A stretch of 64,000 nucleotides of DNA. It comes from Vicugna vicugna (lineage: Eukaryota). The stretch covers positions 2,732,508 to 2,796,507 of the forward strand of contig MU058584.1 of assembly GCA_013265495.1 (NCBI GenBank). Reading direction: 5' to 3'. The translations under genes and the position numbers were made by a program. Positions 25,101 to 36,395 of this stretch are shown here, piece by piece. The notes under the pieces were generated by a model. It ran no database searches. It saw only the letters and a program-made list of their open reading frames with translations, and was not told the DNA's origin. Within the stretch, counting starts at the first letter, position 1. The number at the start of each line of letters is the position of its first letter.

Positions 25101-28100
25101 GAGTGTCAGGAAAGCCAGACATATTTACTATTATCCAAAAATAGGATCTCCCAACTGGAATCTTGAAAGGCTAGAAGAGACCAAACCTGTTCATGTGACT
25201 TCAGTTAAGGACTAGGAAAAGCACAGTCCATTTTGTATTTTTAGTCGTTATGACATTATGGTGCAATAATGGGGAATCTGGCAAGCGTTTCATTAAATTC
25301 TAGCTAATCCGAGCATGGCAGGCAGGTGACAAGCTCTACAGATGATCTGGTTGCCTTGGTTCACCACCAAAAAGTACAGCGTGGAGGGAGGGAGGTTTTA
25401 AAAATCCTTTTTTAACTACCCAGATGGGGCTCCTTGTGATGCGACCAAGTCTACCCACAAGGTAGAAAACCAAGGTCGGGCCGCAGTTTTCTTCCTCCCA
25501 TGATGTCTTCACTAATACTTCGGTGTTTCTGCTGCATTCCAACTGCATCTGCTGTCTAACGCTGGAAGAAACTTAATCCCTGTCCTAAGTCTCATTTTAT
25601 TTATTTTCAGTGGTGTGAAAACAAACATGCAGCAAGACTGCAGTGTTTACCCCTCCTTTTCAGCTGATACAGTTCTAATCCTCCTGCTAATTAATGCCAG
25701 GGCCATCGCCATCTTATTAATTTCATCTTGGTTAAAAATATAGAGACAGATAATTGTGCTTGACTAAAATAACAATTTGACATTTGGAAGGTGTTCACTT
25801 CATTTCAGCAGGACAGTTGGCAGGGTTTCATCTCATATATGACAAAGAGACACAAAGCCACACGCTGACATCGGTCAGTGATAACACAACTGATTCTAAT
25901 TGTGATAAATTGACTAAAACGTCCCACACCGCGCAAGTCAAGGAGACGAAGGAGAAAACGTAAAATGTAAGGCGTCCTAAGTTTCTCCGTCGGTTCCAGA
26001 AAACGGGCACAAAGGAGACAAGGGCCTCTTTTTTCCAGAATCTTTTCTGCATGTTGCTCCTAAAATTACCGACTTCCCCAAACGGAATCTGAAAAGGCTG
26101 CTGGCAAGGCTGTTCCACACGTCCGCTACGAAACTTTCAGAAAAACATACAGGGCATTCATTCCTAGGGGGAAGCCTCAGGCATGCTGGAAACAGGGCAG
26201 GGCTCTCCCATATAGGACCCCTTCTGCTTCTGCACAGAGGGTGGGAGACGCATTCCCCCACCACCCCCCGCCCCATGCAGCCCCAACCCTCCTTATCCCA
26301 CCCCGCAAGTGGCTTACAAAGAACTTCCATCTGAAGTTGTGAGCATTCCAATTCCCATGTTAGAAAAATGTAAAAAAAAAAAAATTTTTTAAAGCATTAA
26401 AGTAAGGCTAAGATGCAGAAATTATTTTTAAACCTTTCTAGGGTGAATGTAATTATGCTTTCTTCCCCCATTGTTCATTTCTCAGTATTGCACAGCTATA
26501 CTTAACCATCAAGTTAACATGATTCAATATTGGTTATTGTGAAGCTTTTATAATGCAACAATGACATTTTGTATATGAATTTACTCTAAGAAGCTTCAAT
26601 AAATTTCTGGTAATGTAATGAATATTTTTAAATCACTGCCTATCTTCTCACTTCTGAACACTGGGATCCAAATAATTTCTTTGATCTTAAAAGATAACTA
26701 GCTGATCATTTAATGTATGAAATTGTTCTCATTAGAGAAACAGTCCCTATTCATTATCTCCAAAACACTTCCCAGAATTAAAAAGCAACAGTAAAGAGGG
26801 CTCTTTAAAATTAGTTAGTGTTTGGGGTGACACAAAAGTTACAAAAGAAAAATGAAACCCAAAAGCAAGACAAACTATGAACTGTCAGAAAAAGCTCTTG
26901 TCACTGAAATCTGAACAGCAAAAGCAACTCCTTAGCCGGATGGATGGCAAAATCCCAGAACTCTACAGCATGTAAAAACCAGACTGGATAAATAAGTTTT
27001 TTTCATGTGCTACATTTATGTTAAGGATCAAAAGAATCCCACAAGCGTACTCTGGAAAGCAGTGTTCATATCTAATTCCCAGAATACTATTAATATCTAT
27101 GCTTGCTCTCTAATTTTATTTCAACATTTTAAGTCTTAGATTCAGAAAGTCCTACCTAGGGACCAATACATGTAAAGAGAGAAAAATGCCTCTGAACAAG
27201 GACTGTTTCCAATCACCCTCTAAATAAAAAAAAGAGAGAGATAAGTCAGCTTGCACAGACACAGACACAGACACAGCCCAGGGACAGTGCTTATCCCAAG
27301 CTAAGCCCCCCCCAATTTAATGCAGACATCAATTTATTACTTAGCTGTGTTGATTTTTATATTCCTTAAATTTTTTATGATGCCAGGAGCAGGGCCAACA
27401 AAAGATAGAGCAGAAATCTAGCAATTGCCTCTGTAATTTCATCTGTGGGCTCCTTTCATGAGGAAGGGATGCCCAATTTTGATCTCCAAGTAATGTCACA
27501 GCAATAAAACCAAACTCACTCTCCTCCCTACACACACCCCCTACACTACCTTGATGAAATACAGAATGAGTTCATTACTGATCCTAAGAGATCACTTCCT
27601 CAGCCATCTTTTCCTCGGAGCTGCCAATCAGCGGGTCGACAGAAAGACACAGAGGGAGCTCTAAGTGGGGGATACACACTTTACTCCCTTCCAGTCCCTT
27701 TCTTCTGAAAACTTGGTCTGCTCCAAAACAAAGGGGAGAAGACATGGACCGGCCCTGTGAGAGGTTTCCCAAGGCCTGCACTTTGCTGACATGTGGGGAG
27801 TTATGATGCTATAAGAGCAGCCCTGATGACAGCCATACTATCCCACACTGGTCCTAGGACGTCCAGAGCAATCTAAGGGATGATGATAAACTTCATGTGC
27901 TGTGCGAGGGGAGAGGACCCCGCCTGACACACAGAGCCACCAGGCACAGGAGAGAAACAATATAAAAGTGATTTAACTGTGGGATCCCTTCCAGAAGGCT
28001 TAATTATCTATTGTATGACCACATTCCCGTTATTCGGCAGTCTCCCGTCTCCAACTTCGGTCCAGCTACAGTATTTGTCTGGAAGAAATTCAGGGAAAAC

Positions 28101-31100
28101 TCCAAACTAGCCAGATCAGAGAGGACTCAGCGAAATAGGGAATGGCAGTTATGTAAGCAAGAAGTTCCCTAGGCTGGAAAATTCCTTGGTGGTCTGCTAA
28201 CTTTCAGGACCGTCGAAGACCGTTGAGTCCAACGCTTAAACATCCACGTCGACAGCATCCTGATGCTTTATATGACGTGGTGCCCCTTCATCAATCCTGC
28301 ACATGTACCATCCCTCCCAACTAGCTATTTTTCTTCGATGGCGTGTCATGAGACAATAAAGGTCACCTTCAGTTCTTAATTTCTGGACATTCATAAATCA
28401 GTTTTCTACACTCTAGCCTTAAATGCTTATTTGTTTTGGATGATCAGAAGATGAATTATTCCTAAGAGTGTCATAGTGCATGAGATAAATATTTAACAAA
28501 ATACCCTGAAGTCTTCAAATGAATGGCTGTATGTCTAGGATACCACTGTCAATTCAATTTTTTTTCAATTAGACAAATTTGGTGTTTGACATCGAGAAGG
28601 TGTAACAACTAGTTGACAGAGTAGAATTTTCACTTTTTAACTGGCTGCCTGACACAAGGAATAGGCAGCTAATAATTCTAATGCAAAACTGCCCCACAGT
28701 CAGAAATGCACACACACATGGCTGGAATAAATATGAGAAACTCCCCTTGTTAATATCATGTTTATGCCCCTCACTGCAGACTGTAGATTAACTACATGTT
28801 CTTTTATTTTAATGTGTAAAAATGGCATTTGAACGCCTTGAAGTTTGGAGCCAAGAGCACTGCCTGAATGTTCATTTTCTCCAGAGCGCTTCGTAATTTA
28901 CCACCACCATTGTCCCACCACTTTGACTTCCACCTGAATGTCCTCTCCAGTTGCCTTGGCTGGGTCTCAACTTTTAAAAAGAGCCAATGGAAAAAGCAAA
29001 ACTATTTTTACAAATGTATCTGTTAGAGAGGAAAATGCGCTCTGTGACTGCTTCATGACTATATTCTAAAATTGAATTGCAACCTTCTGGAGGAGAAATA
29101 TCTGGTCATTCTGGCCAGCTTCTACTCCATACTTAGTCCTGAAATCTAAGCAAAGGAGGCTTCTGAGAAATAACTCGCTAGTTAAGATAAAATAGACAGA
29201 AAAGGGGCTAGGCTATAAGCCTTCTGAAGGCAGGCTCTGAGACTTTCTCCTCATTATCCTCTCATCACCTTGCCCAGTGCCTTGTGTATGGAAGCTCAAT
29301 AAAAGCTTGTTGAATAAAGGAATTTGTCTAGAGCCTAATTTCAAAACAAACAAACAAACAAACCTCCCCCTTCCTCTCCTTCCACAACAACTACCATACA
29401 GACCAATGTCATTAAGATGATCAAATATATGAAAGCCCTGTTTTGCTGGAAGAAGAATGGGACTGGGGTGGGGGGTAGAGGAGAAAAACAGAGTAAAATT
29501 AATCTAAAACACAAGGGAGGCTCTGGGTACAGACAAGTGCTGACAGTGAGTGAACGAGACAAGCAGCTCCACTTTAGACATCCGTGTTTCCAAAATATAT
29601 GTTAAAATCAAAATTAAAAACCCTCATTGTAACATCAACACCTCTCTGAACAATGCTGCTCACACTCCTCTGTAAAACCTTCTCGGTTCTGGCCAACAGC
29701 TGGCAAGCTGATCCCTGCAATTTTCCCTTTGCAGAAATAGCTTTGTGCGGGGAGAACTGACCCTCGTGGGTTAATAAGACCAAACCGCCGCCAAACTTGG
29801 GAGGCTGAAACGGAGGGGACATTGTTGTGTTAAGTACTTTACAACAACTGTTTCTTCTCCTCTTGACACAGCCTGACTTCCTTAAAGAAGATCTGACTGG
29901 CCAGACAGCTGTGTTGACCCTTAAGCCTTCTTTGATTCCTGATTTTTTTTTCACAAACAGAATAGAAATTCACAACCCAAATCCTTTCCTAAGCTCCCAT
30001 ACTTTTGAATTTGCTAGTGTCGTGCCTGAAGGATGTGGACATTTCAGTAATCTATAAGCACAAAGATAAAGGTTGGGTCGGCACAATCCCAAAACCTTTA
30101 GACGAAAAGCAAGAGAGGGAAACAAAACAAAACAAAACAATACAAACAAAAAAAGCGAGCAATCAACCAGAAGCTTTATCCAAAGGCGGTACTTGAAGTT
30201 GTGTGCGCACAATCTGTTTAATTACCTAAAAATTGAACTTTTCACTCATACACTAGAGCAACAGACAATCAAGAACACATACAGGCATATCTTCTTTAAA
30301 AAATAATGTTAAACCGTAATTACCACTTCAGGAAACAACCATGCATTCTCACCTCTTTATATATTTCTGTACTTCTCAACTCATCCAAAATCAAACACGT
30401 ATTTTTTTTAGTGCTGGAAAATGGAAAGTTATCTTTTCAAAACAAAGCAAAATGCCCAGTACTCTATCCACATACGGGTAAGATTCAAGTATATTATGGC
30501 TAAGGAGGGCGAGGAGCAGAAACAATTTTTGTGTGTGGTCACTGGATCTAATTGCTTTGTCAGTTTCTAGTAAACCTCACAGCCCAGGCAAATCAGAAAA
30601 GAAGACATTTCTGTTCCCTCTCAGGGCTTTTTTGTTACATTGAGATTTCTCCTGCACACCCCCTTGCATTGTGTGTTTTTAATAACATGATAGGAACTGT
30701 TCTTCACGAGCATTAACCCTCCCTTGATTATCTTTATATAGTGCTGTCCCTTTTATTTAGCACTGACAAATGCGAAATTTTCCTGCGCGTGCTCCGAGGG
30801 CACTCCGTCACATATAGCAGTCCATTTTGACCAGGAAAAGCAGCCCACCCTCCTTAGCGCCACTAAGCCACTCCCGGGTAGCCTGGAGAGAACCAGGAAA
30901 TATTTTCAAACTCCCACAATCACACCTCCACCCCCATCTCACTCAGGCTTTAGGCAATACAAAGATCTAGAATCGAAATAATCCACTTTCTTAAATACCT
31001 GCCTCCTATTTCTCCTCGAAACACACCAGAACGTTCATGTCGACGGGAGGGAACTGAACCTGCCCTGAGGCAGAAATGCATACCCAGACGGGAACGAGGG

Positions 31101-31764
31101 AGGAGGTGGAGGATGGAGGACCCGGCTTCAACTTTTGGCCTGAATGTCCCTGAGCCCCACGGTTTTGGAGAAACCGGGGAACTAGGTGGGGAGAATATCA
31201 TGAGAGAAAAAGCAAACAGAGGGTGCGCGCTGCGGAGCTCAGAGCAGCAGCAGCGCCATTTCTGAGCCCAAACTGTCCCGACCCCAGTGGACACAGCCAA
31301 GCGAGGAACGAGCACAGGGGACCCAAGCTGTGCAATCAGAGCCTCAGCGCTCCGCATACGCGCACGGCTGGCGCAGACAGGTGGGTAAGGTGGAGGGGGA
31401 ACTGGCGAGGAGATGTGAACCACTGGCAGCCCCAAGGACACCCAAGTGAAGAGGGGGAGAGGAGGGACAAGGCTGATGGGGTCGCAGTGTCCTCTGGGAG
31501 TGGTCAGGTCGGGAAAACTGGGCGAGCAGCCGTAAGAGGGGAGACATCCCTGGCGCTCCCGCGGGACCCCGGACGTGGTGGCGGGCGCCGGCGCAGTTCT
31601 CTGCCGCCCGGCGTATACAAGATGCGGGTGAATGGGCACCTGCGTCTCTGGGCAAGCGGGTGCATCTTGCGCCTTCTAGTAGCACATGGGGATAAAAAAG
31701 GGACACAGTCCCCCGCGCCCACTGATGCAGCGTGCGGGGCGCGCTAGGCGGCGCGGGCACTTAC

Positions 31765-31951
31765 TTCTCGTAGTCATACTTGCAGTAGAGCTTCTTGTCC
31801 CGGTAGAAGCAGGTGGTCTCCAGGGGCTCTTTGCAGGAGGCGCACTGCACGCACTGCTCATGCCAGAAGCTGTCGTTGAGCCGCAGCAGAAACCTGTCCG
31901 AGATGACCCGTTGACAGCCCTCGCAGACAGACTTGGGGCTCACCGCTCTGC
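31765..31951 (-). CDS. LMX1A: LMX1A exon 3 (187 nt) encoding LIM domain 1
   Basis: Acceptor tgttgctgccgtag|GC at 31952/31951; donor GAGAA|gtaagt at 31764. Peptide (G)[61 protein letters not shown](K) has the LIM pattern C-X2-C-X17-H-X2-C-X2-C-X2-C-X16-C-X2-D. Confidence 0.98.
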
Positions 31952-34198
31952 CTACGGCAGCAACAGACGTCGGCTGGTGAGCCGCGCCGGCCCGGCATCC
32001 CGGCCAAACCCGGGCCGGACCCGCAACGGATCACTCCACACCCACGGATTTCCACCCCCTCGCGCCCCCGACCCGGGGAAGGGCCCCCGCCCCCAAACAT
32101 CCAAGCCGAGACTTGGAGATCAGAGAAAAATCAAACCAAATGGAGTTTCTAATAAACAAAGACTATGTGGGAAGGTTTAAATTCTACCAGAGGAGGGGGG
32201 TACAAATCAGTAAGTGGTCTTTCATTATCAAACCTACCCAGGTACGCACGCAAAGGTGCGCATATCCTGCCAAATTAGCCTGCAAATAAATTTGTGCTCC
32301 TAGGTTTATCACGTAATCATTAAATTACTCACTATGCCTGTCTGTATTGTCTATTATTGAAACTGTGAGTGTGTAAAAAGAATTTTCTTTTTTGGTTTGG
32401 TTTTGTCTTTCGCTAAAACGCAATTCTGTTCTAATTTTTTACGGAAAACTTAACTTTTTTTTATTCTTTGCTCTCTAAAAAGTCCTGTGTGTGCAGGAAA
32501 ATACCGTCTCACCCTAGGCAAACTCAGTATTGTTCTAATCAATGAACCCCAAACTGCTGGGTCTTGGCTGGCGCGCAAATTGCAGATGGGTTTTTTCATA
32601 ATTAAGAAGCATCATAATGGAGAGAAGAAAAAAAATTGAGGAAGGAAGCAGGAGGTGGAGATGCCGCGGAGTGTCCGGCCAGGATTCCAAGAATCAGGCG
32701 CACTCAGCAGCCACGCGTGAGGGCGAAACCGAACCCAAACAGACTCAGCGCAAAAGGGAATCCTCTCTGTCCTAACCTTTGCACGTGTGTCAGTTTTGTT
32801 CCTTTAGTTTGTGGGGGCGGGGGCTTCGCCTTTTTTTAGGGTGGTGGGGTGCTTTGCCGCCTTTGTTGGCACGTTCCACAGCTATTTAAACAAGGCCATG
32901 TCGCCCAGTAACAAAACTTTTGCGCGTGGTGTCCCAAAGGGCCTGACCCTCCCCGGTTGCCCTGCTATGCTCGGGTCGCTTTCCCCTTAGGGGACCCGGC
33001 CGCTGGCTCAGGAGCGGGGATGGTCACCTTGGGGCACAGGCAGGGAGAGTTAGAAGTAACGAGATCTCAGTTAAAATATTCCGTATTCTTTCTGCCCTGT
33101 CTCGGCATCCAGGGGCAAGACCGGGCGCACGAAGCGGACGTGGGCCTGGCGGGGCGCACTGGACGAGCCGCGAAGCCCGCTCAGCGCAGAAGTTTGAGAG
33201 CGCCCTGCGCCAGATCAGGGCCAGATCTGACCCCCTGGCTCTTCCGAGGCTGCACGGAGTCTGGAAGTTTCCAAAAGGGCGGTTGAAAGGAAGGAACGCG
33301 GTGCGTGCGATTTCATTCCATCTGGGGGAGTTGGGAGGGATTCCTCCCCGGGTCTGGTTTTTTCAGAAAAACTGTCCCATCCTCCGCCTTCACCCTGCTC
33401 TAGCGGTTCCGAGCGAGGGAAAGGGGTAGAAGTGACAAAACGAAAATCCCTCCCTCTAAAAAAAATTTTCTTTGAACACCCATTCACCAAACTTAAAAAG
33501 CATAGAGAGAGGGGGTGGGGGTTGGGGAGTGTGGAATCCCTGGCCTCAGTTCCGTTAGACACGAGTGTGGGCTGAGGCCCTGGGCTCGCCGCTCTAACGT
33601 GGTCGCGGCGCAGGGACTGGGGAGGCCGAGGGTGGAGAGGGGACCCGCCGGACCCGAGATCTGGCTCCAGTTAATTAAAACCGAGACGAGGGCCCTGCCG
33701 AGCGGGCTAATCCCCGCGCTGCGCTGCCCACCGGCCCGGAAAAGCCTCTCCGCCGTACTCTAGGCTGAGACTGCGGCTGGAGTTGGTGGAGGCGAGAAGC
33801 CTCCACGAGCTTGGGCGCTCCGGACCTCGGGTTTGCATTGTCGCCACTAGGCCTCCGAAAAGACAGCTGCATTCACGAGACGTCGATCAGCTCTGTGATT
33901 AAAAATCTAGCCCTGGGTATTTTTAATCACTTGCCACTCAAACGCCTGCGAGCAATCTCGCCCGCCCCTCGCGGCTTTGGGGAGTTCGGTGACCGATGCG
34001 TGAGGCCTGGGGCAGCTTGCCGGTTTAGGGTAGGAAGGACCCACTGGGACTGATGGATAGACGGGAAGTGGGCTCAACTGAGTGCATGCAGCGGGGCGCT
34101 CGCTCCCCTACTAACGACCCGGTCCCAGAGAGGTGGGCTCCAGAGCTGGGGTCTGTCGGAAAGAAGGTGCGCCCGAGGCACACGGCCCGAACACTCAC
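31952..34198 (-). other. LMX1A: LMX1A intron 2 (2247 nt, GT-AG)
   Basis: Bounded by the exon 2 donor and exon 3 acceptor. Confidence 0.93.
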
Positions 34199-34274
34199 CC
34201 AGCAGCGAGGAGAAGGAGGCTGACGTCTCGATGGCGCTTTGGAAGTTCTCCTCCATCTTCAGGCCGTCCAGCAT
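34199..34274 (-). CDS. LMX1A: LMX1A first coding exon (exon 2), CDS part, [25 protein letters not shown]+G (76 nt, phase-1 donor)
   Basis: Translation matches the LMX1A N-terminus as I recall it. ATG at 34274-34272 in context GAACATGC; donor CTGG|gtgagt at 34198; joins exon 3 in frame (G+GC = Gly26). Confidence 0.97.
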
Positions 34275-34296
34275 GTTCGAGCTGGGCCGGGAGGAT
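34275..34296 (-). other. LMX1A: LMX1A exon 2, 5' UTR part (22 nt)
   Basis: Strong acceptor tttcctctcctctacag|ATCC at 34297/34296, directly upstream of the ATG. Confidence 0.85.
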
Positions 34297-35072
34297 CTGT
34301 AGAGGAGAGGAAACGACGCTTCTGGCGTCCGTGCCCTCTGGGACTCGGCTCCCGCAGCCTCCACACTCCTGGGAAAGGACAGAGGGAGTGTCCGGGGTGA
34401 CCAGAATGAGCTGGGAGGGTAGAGTCCAGCCAAGAGAAATGTGGGGCGGGAGGAGAGAGACGAGTCACAGCGAACTGCTCTGACTGATCTGATTTCACTC
34501 GAAGTCAACACGTTAAGTACTTAGGCCTCCGCCCCCCAACTGCGTTTCTCCTTCCTCTGCCCCTCACACTCCCCCCACCCGGTCCCCAGCCCCAGGTTCC
34601 CCATGCAGAGTCCGACTCCGCCCCAACCTATACTAATGGGGGCCCTAGGGACGCCTCTGCGGGAACACAGCTACTGGAGTAAGACGGAGATAAGAAGAGT
34701 GGGTGTTTTCCCTCGCGGGGCCGGGCCCAGGCACGCGGAACTACGCGGTCTATAGCCCGCGCCCGGACCCGCCGCGTTGCGTCGCTCACCTGCCCCGGCC
34801 GAGGAGGGGCAGAGTAAGCGACCCGGAGAGCGTCCCGCCCGCTCCCGGTCTCAGGGCGCTGGGATCTGCTGGGGGCGCGCGGGAGCGAGCGTGCGGGGCG
34901 CGCAGGGAGGTCCTCCCGCCGGTCGGCCGGTGCCGGGAATGTCTGCAGGAGCAAAGAAGTCGCCTCGGGGAGGAGCCGCGGCTGGCCCTGCTCACTCTTG
35001 GATGCATTTCAAATCAACTTTCAGAAACACTCCCGCCCGAGCTGCAGCCTAGGAACAGGCAGCCTTCCTTAC

Positions 35073-35430
35073 CTGATGGGCAAGCTCGCTCCCCGGGGCA
35101 GGAGCCGAATGAAGTTGCCCAGCGCCGCGGGAGGCTTCGGCCGGGGGAGGCGAAGGCCCTCGAGGCTGCAGCTGGGGTGGCCGCCCCCGGCTCCGGCGCG
35201 CCCGGGAGGGAGCCGGAGCGAGCGCCGGCCCCTGGCTCCGCTCCTCGGCGCGCCCGGGCCGGGCCGGGACGTGGCCGCGGGCGGCCGGCCTTCTCGGGAC
35301 GTCCTGCCCGCCCGCGTCGCTCCTCCGGGGAAGGAGAGGGCCGGATGCTTCTCCCAGACCAGAGGGAGGGTGGAGGCCCACGGTCCTGGGTGCGAGTCGG
35401 GCCCGGCTTGGCCAGGGCGGATCCGGCCGC
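35073..35430 (-). other. LMX1A: Probable non-coding exon 1 of LMX1A (5' end approximate)
   Basis: Consensus donor CAG|gtaagg at 35073/35072 inside the CpG island, giving a 776-nt intron 1 to the exon 2 acceptor; no minus-strand ATG seen in the segment. The TSS cannot be determined from sequence. Confidence 0.7.
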
Positions 35431-36264
35431 TTCTGACAGGGGCCGTGGCGCTGCGTGCGCGGCGGCGGGAAGGGGGTGGGGTGCGCAGGGAGGGGGCTGG
35501 GAGCGCGTCCCGTGCCGGGCCCGCGGTGCTCCCTTCCCAGCCCGGCTGCGCGGCCCACCTCGCCGCCACCGCCCGGTGCGCCCCTCGGCCGCGGCGACCT
35601 CCCGGGCACGCAGAGTTCCCTCCCTTCCACGTGTAACCGCTCCCTCCGGGCGCGCTGACCCCGCCGCCGCCGCCCGCGGCCCCGCGCCCTCGCTGCGCCT
35701 TCGCAGAGGTCTCCGCGCCACCTGGACCGCGTCGCCGGCCCGCGGGTTCCCCGGCCGCTCTCCAACCACTGCGAGTGGTCACGGCACTGCAAACCTCATC
35801 CGGGCCGGCGGAAGGGCCAAGAAGCTATTTGCCGCGTGTGGCTGTGGGACCCTGCAGCTCGGAGCTACTCAAATCCTTTCTTCGTCACCCGGGGCTCCCC
35901 CAAGTTTCCAACTTCCGTTGGGCTTGAAACCCGTTCACCGATGAGGTATGCAGATGCCATAGGATCTGAGGCCAGAGCCAGAATCCGGCTCCTGGTAAAG
36001 GCTAAGTGGGATCTCACTCCCAGACGATGAGCTCGGAATAACCGCTGCTCGGGGAGGCGGCTAAGGGGGCATTCTTAGCGGAGAAAAACGTCTAGGGGAG
36101 GAGGGAAATGTGAACTCACTACACCGCCTAACCTTGGCCTCCAGTGATGGAACTTTACCCCTGCAGGAGCAGAAAGAGGGTCTCCTGTGTATTCCAGGAG
36201 GTTAGCACTATGCGGGCCCAAAGTGGACGCTCAATTTAAAAAAAAAATCGTAACACTGGCTAAC

Positions 36265-36395
36265 CCTTATGGAACATTTATTTTGTTCCAGGCTTGGTTT
36301 CATAATTAACTCACTTAATCTTTACAACAACCCTATGAGGTGAAGACGTATTAGCTCAATCCTACAGGTGAGGAAAACAGCACAGAAGGCACCTG
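36265..36395 (-). mobile_element. MIR fragment
   Basis: aactcacttaatctttacaacaaccctatgagg...acaggtgaggaaaac. Confidence 0.7.

Larger units (their letters stand above)
1..31764 (-). other. LMX1A: 5' part of the long LMX1A intron 3 (continues beyond the window start)
   Basis: Starts at the gtaagt donor. No LIM2-encoding exon (LFAVKC...) seen in 1-31764; mammalian LMX1A is known to have a very long intron here. Confidence 0.85.
30770..36070. promoter_or_regulatory. LMX1A: CpG-island domain covering the LMX1A promoter and exons 1-3, interrupted by an AT-rich block at ~32120-32630
   Basis: Very high GC and CpG density (e.g. 34700-35820, 31520-32100), GC boxes, no interspersed repeats. Confidence 0.9.

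Noticed and set aside
31945..31953. Alternative acceptors just inside exon 3 (tag|GCAG|AG)
   Set aside because: The first AG gives the correct frame and known peptide; no evidence for use of the downstream AGs.
30950..32180. ORFs of 138-229 aa on both strands around exon 3
   Set aside because: GC-rich intron or antisense shadow of the real exon; no recognisable protein.
34703..35944. 413-aa + strand ORF and overlapping 212-251 aa ORFs across the LMX1A promoter
   Set aside because: Arg/Pro/Gly/Ala-rich low-complexity translations in several frames at once, mostly non-ATG starts, no domain. Expected from stop-codon scarcity in a CpG island.
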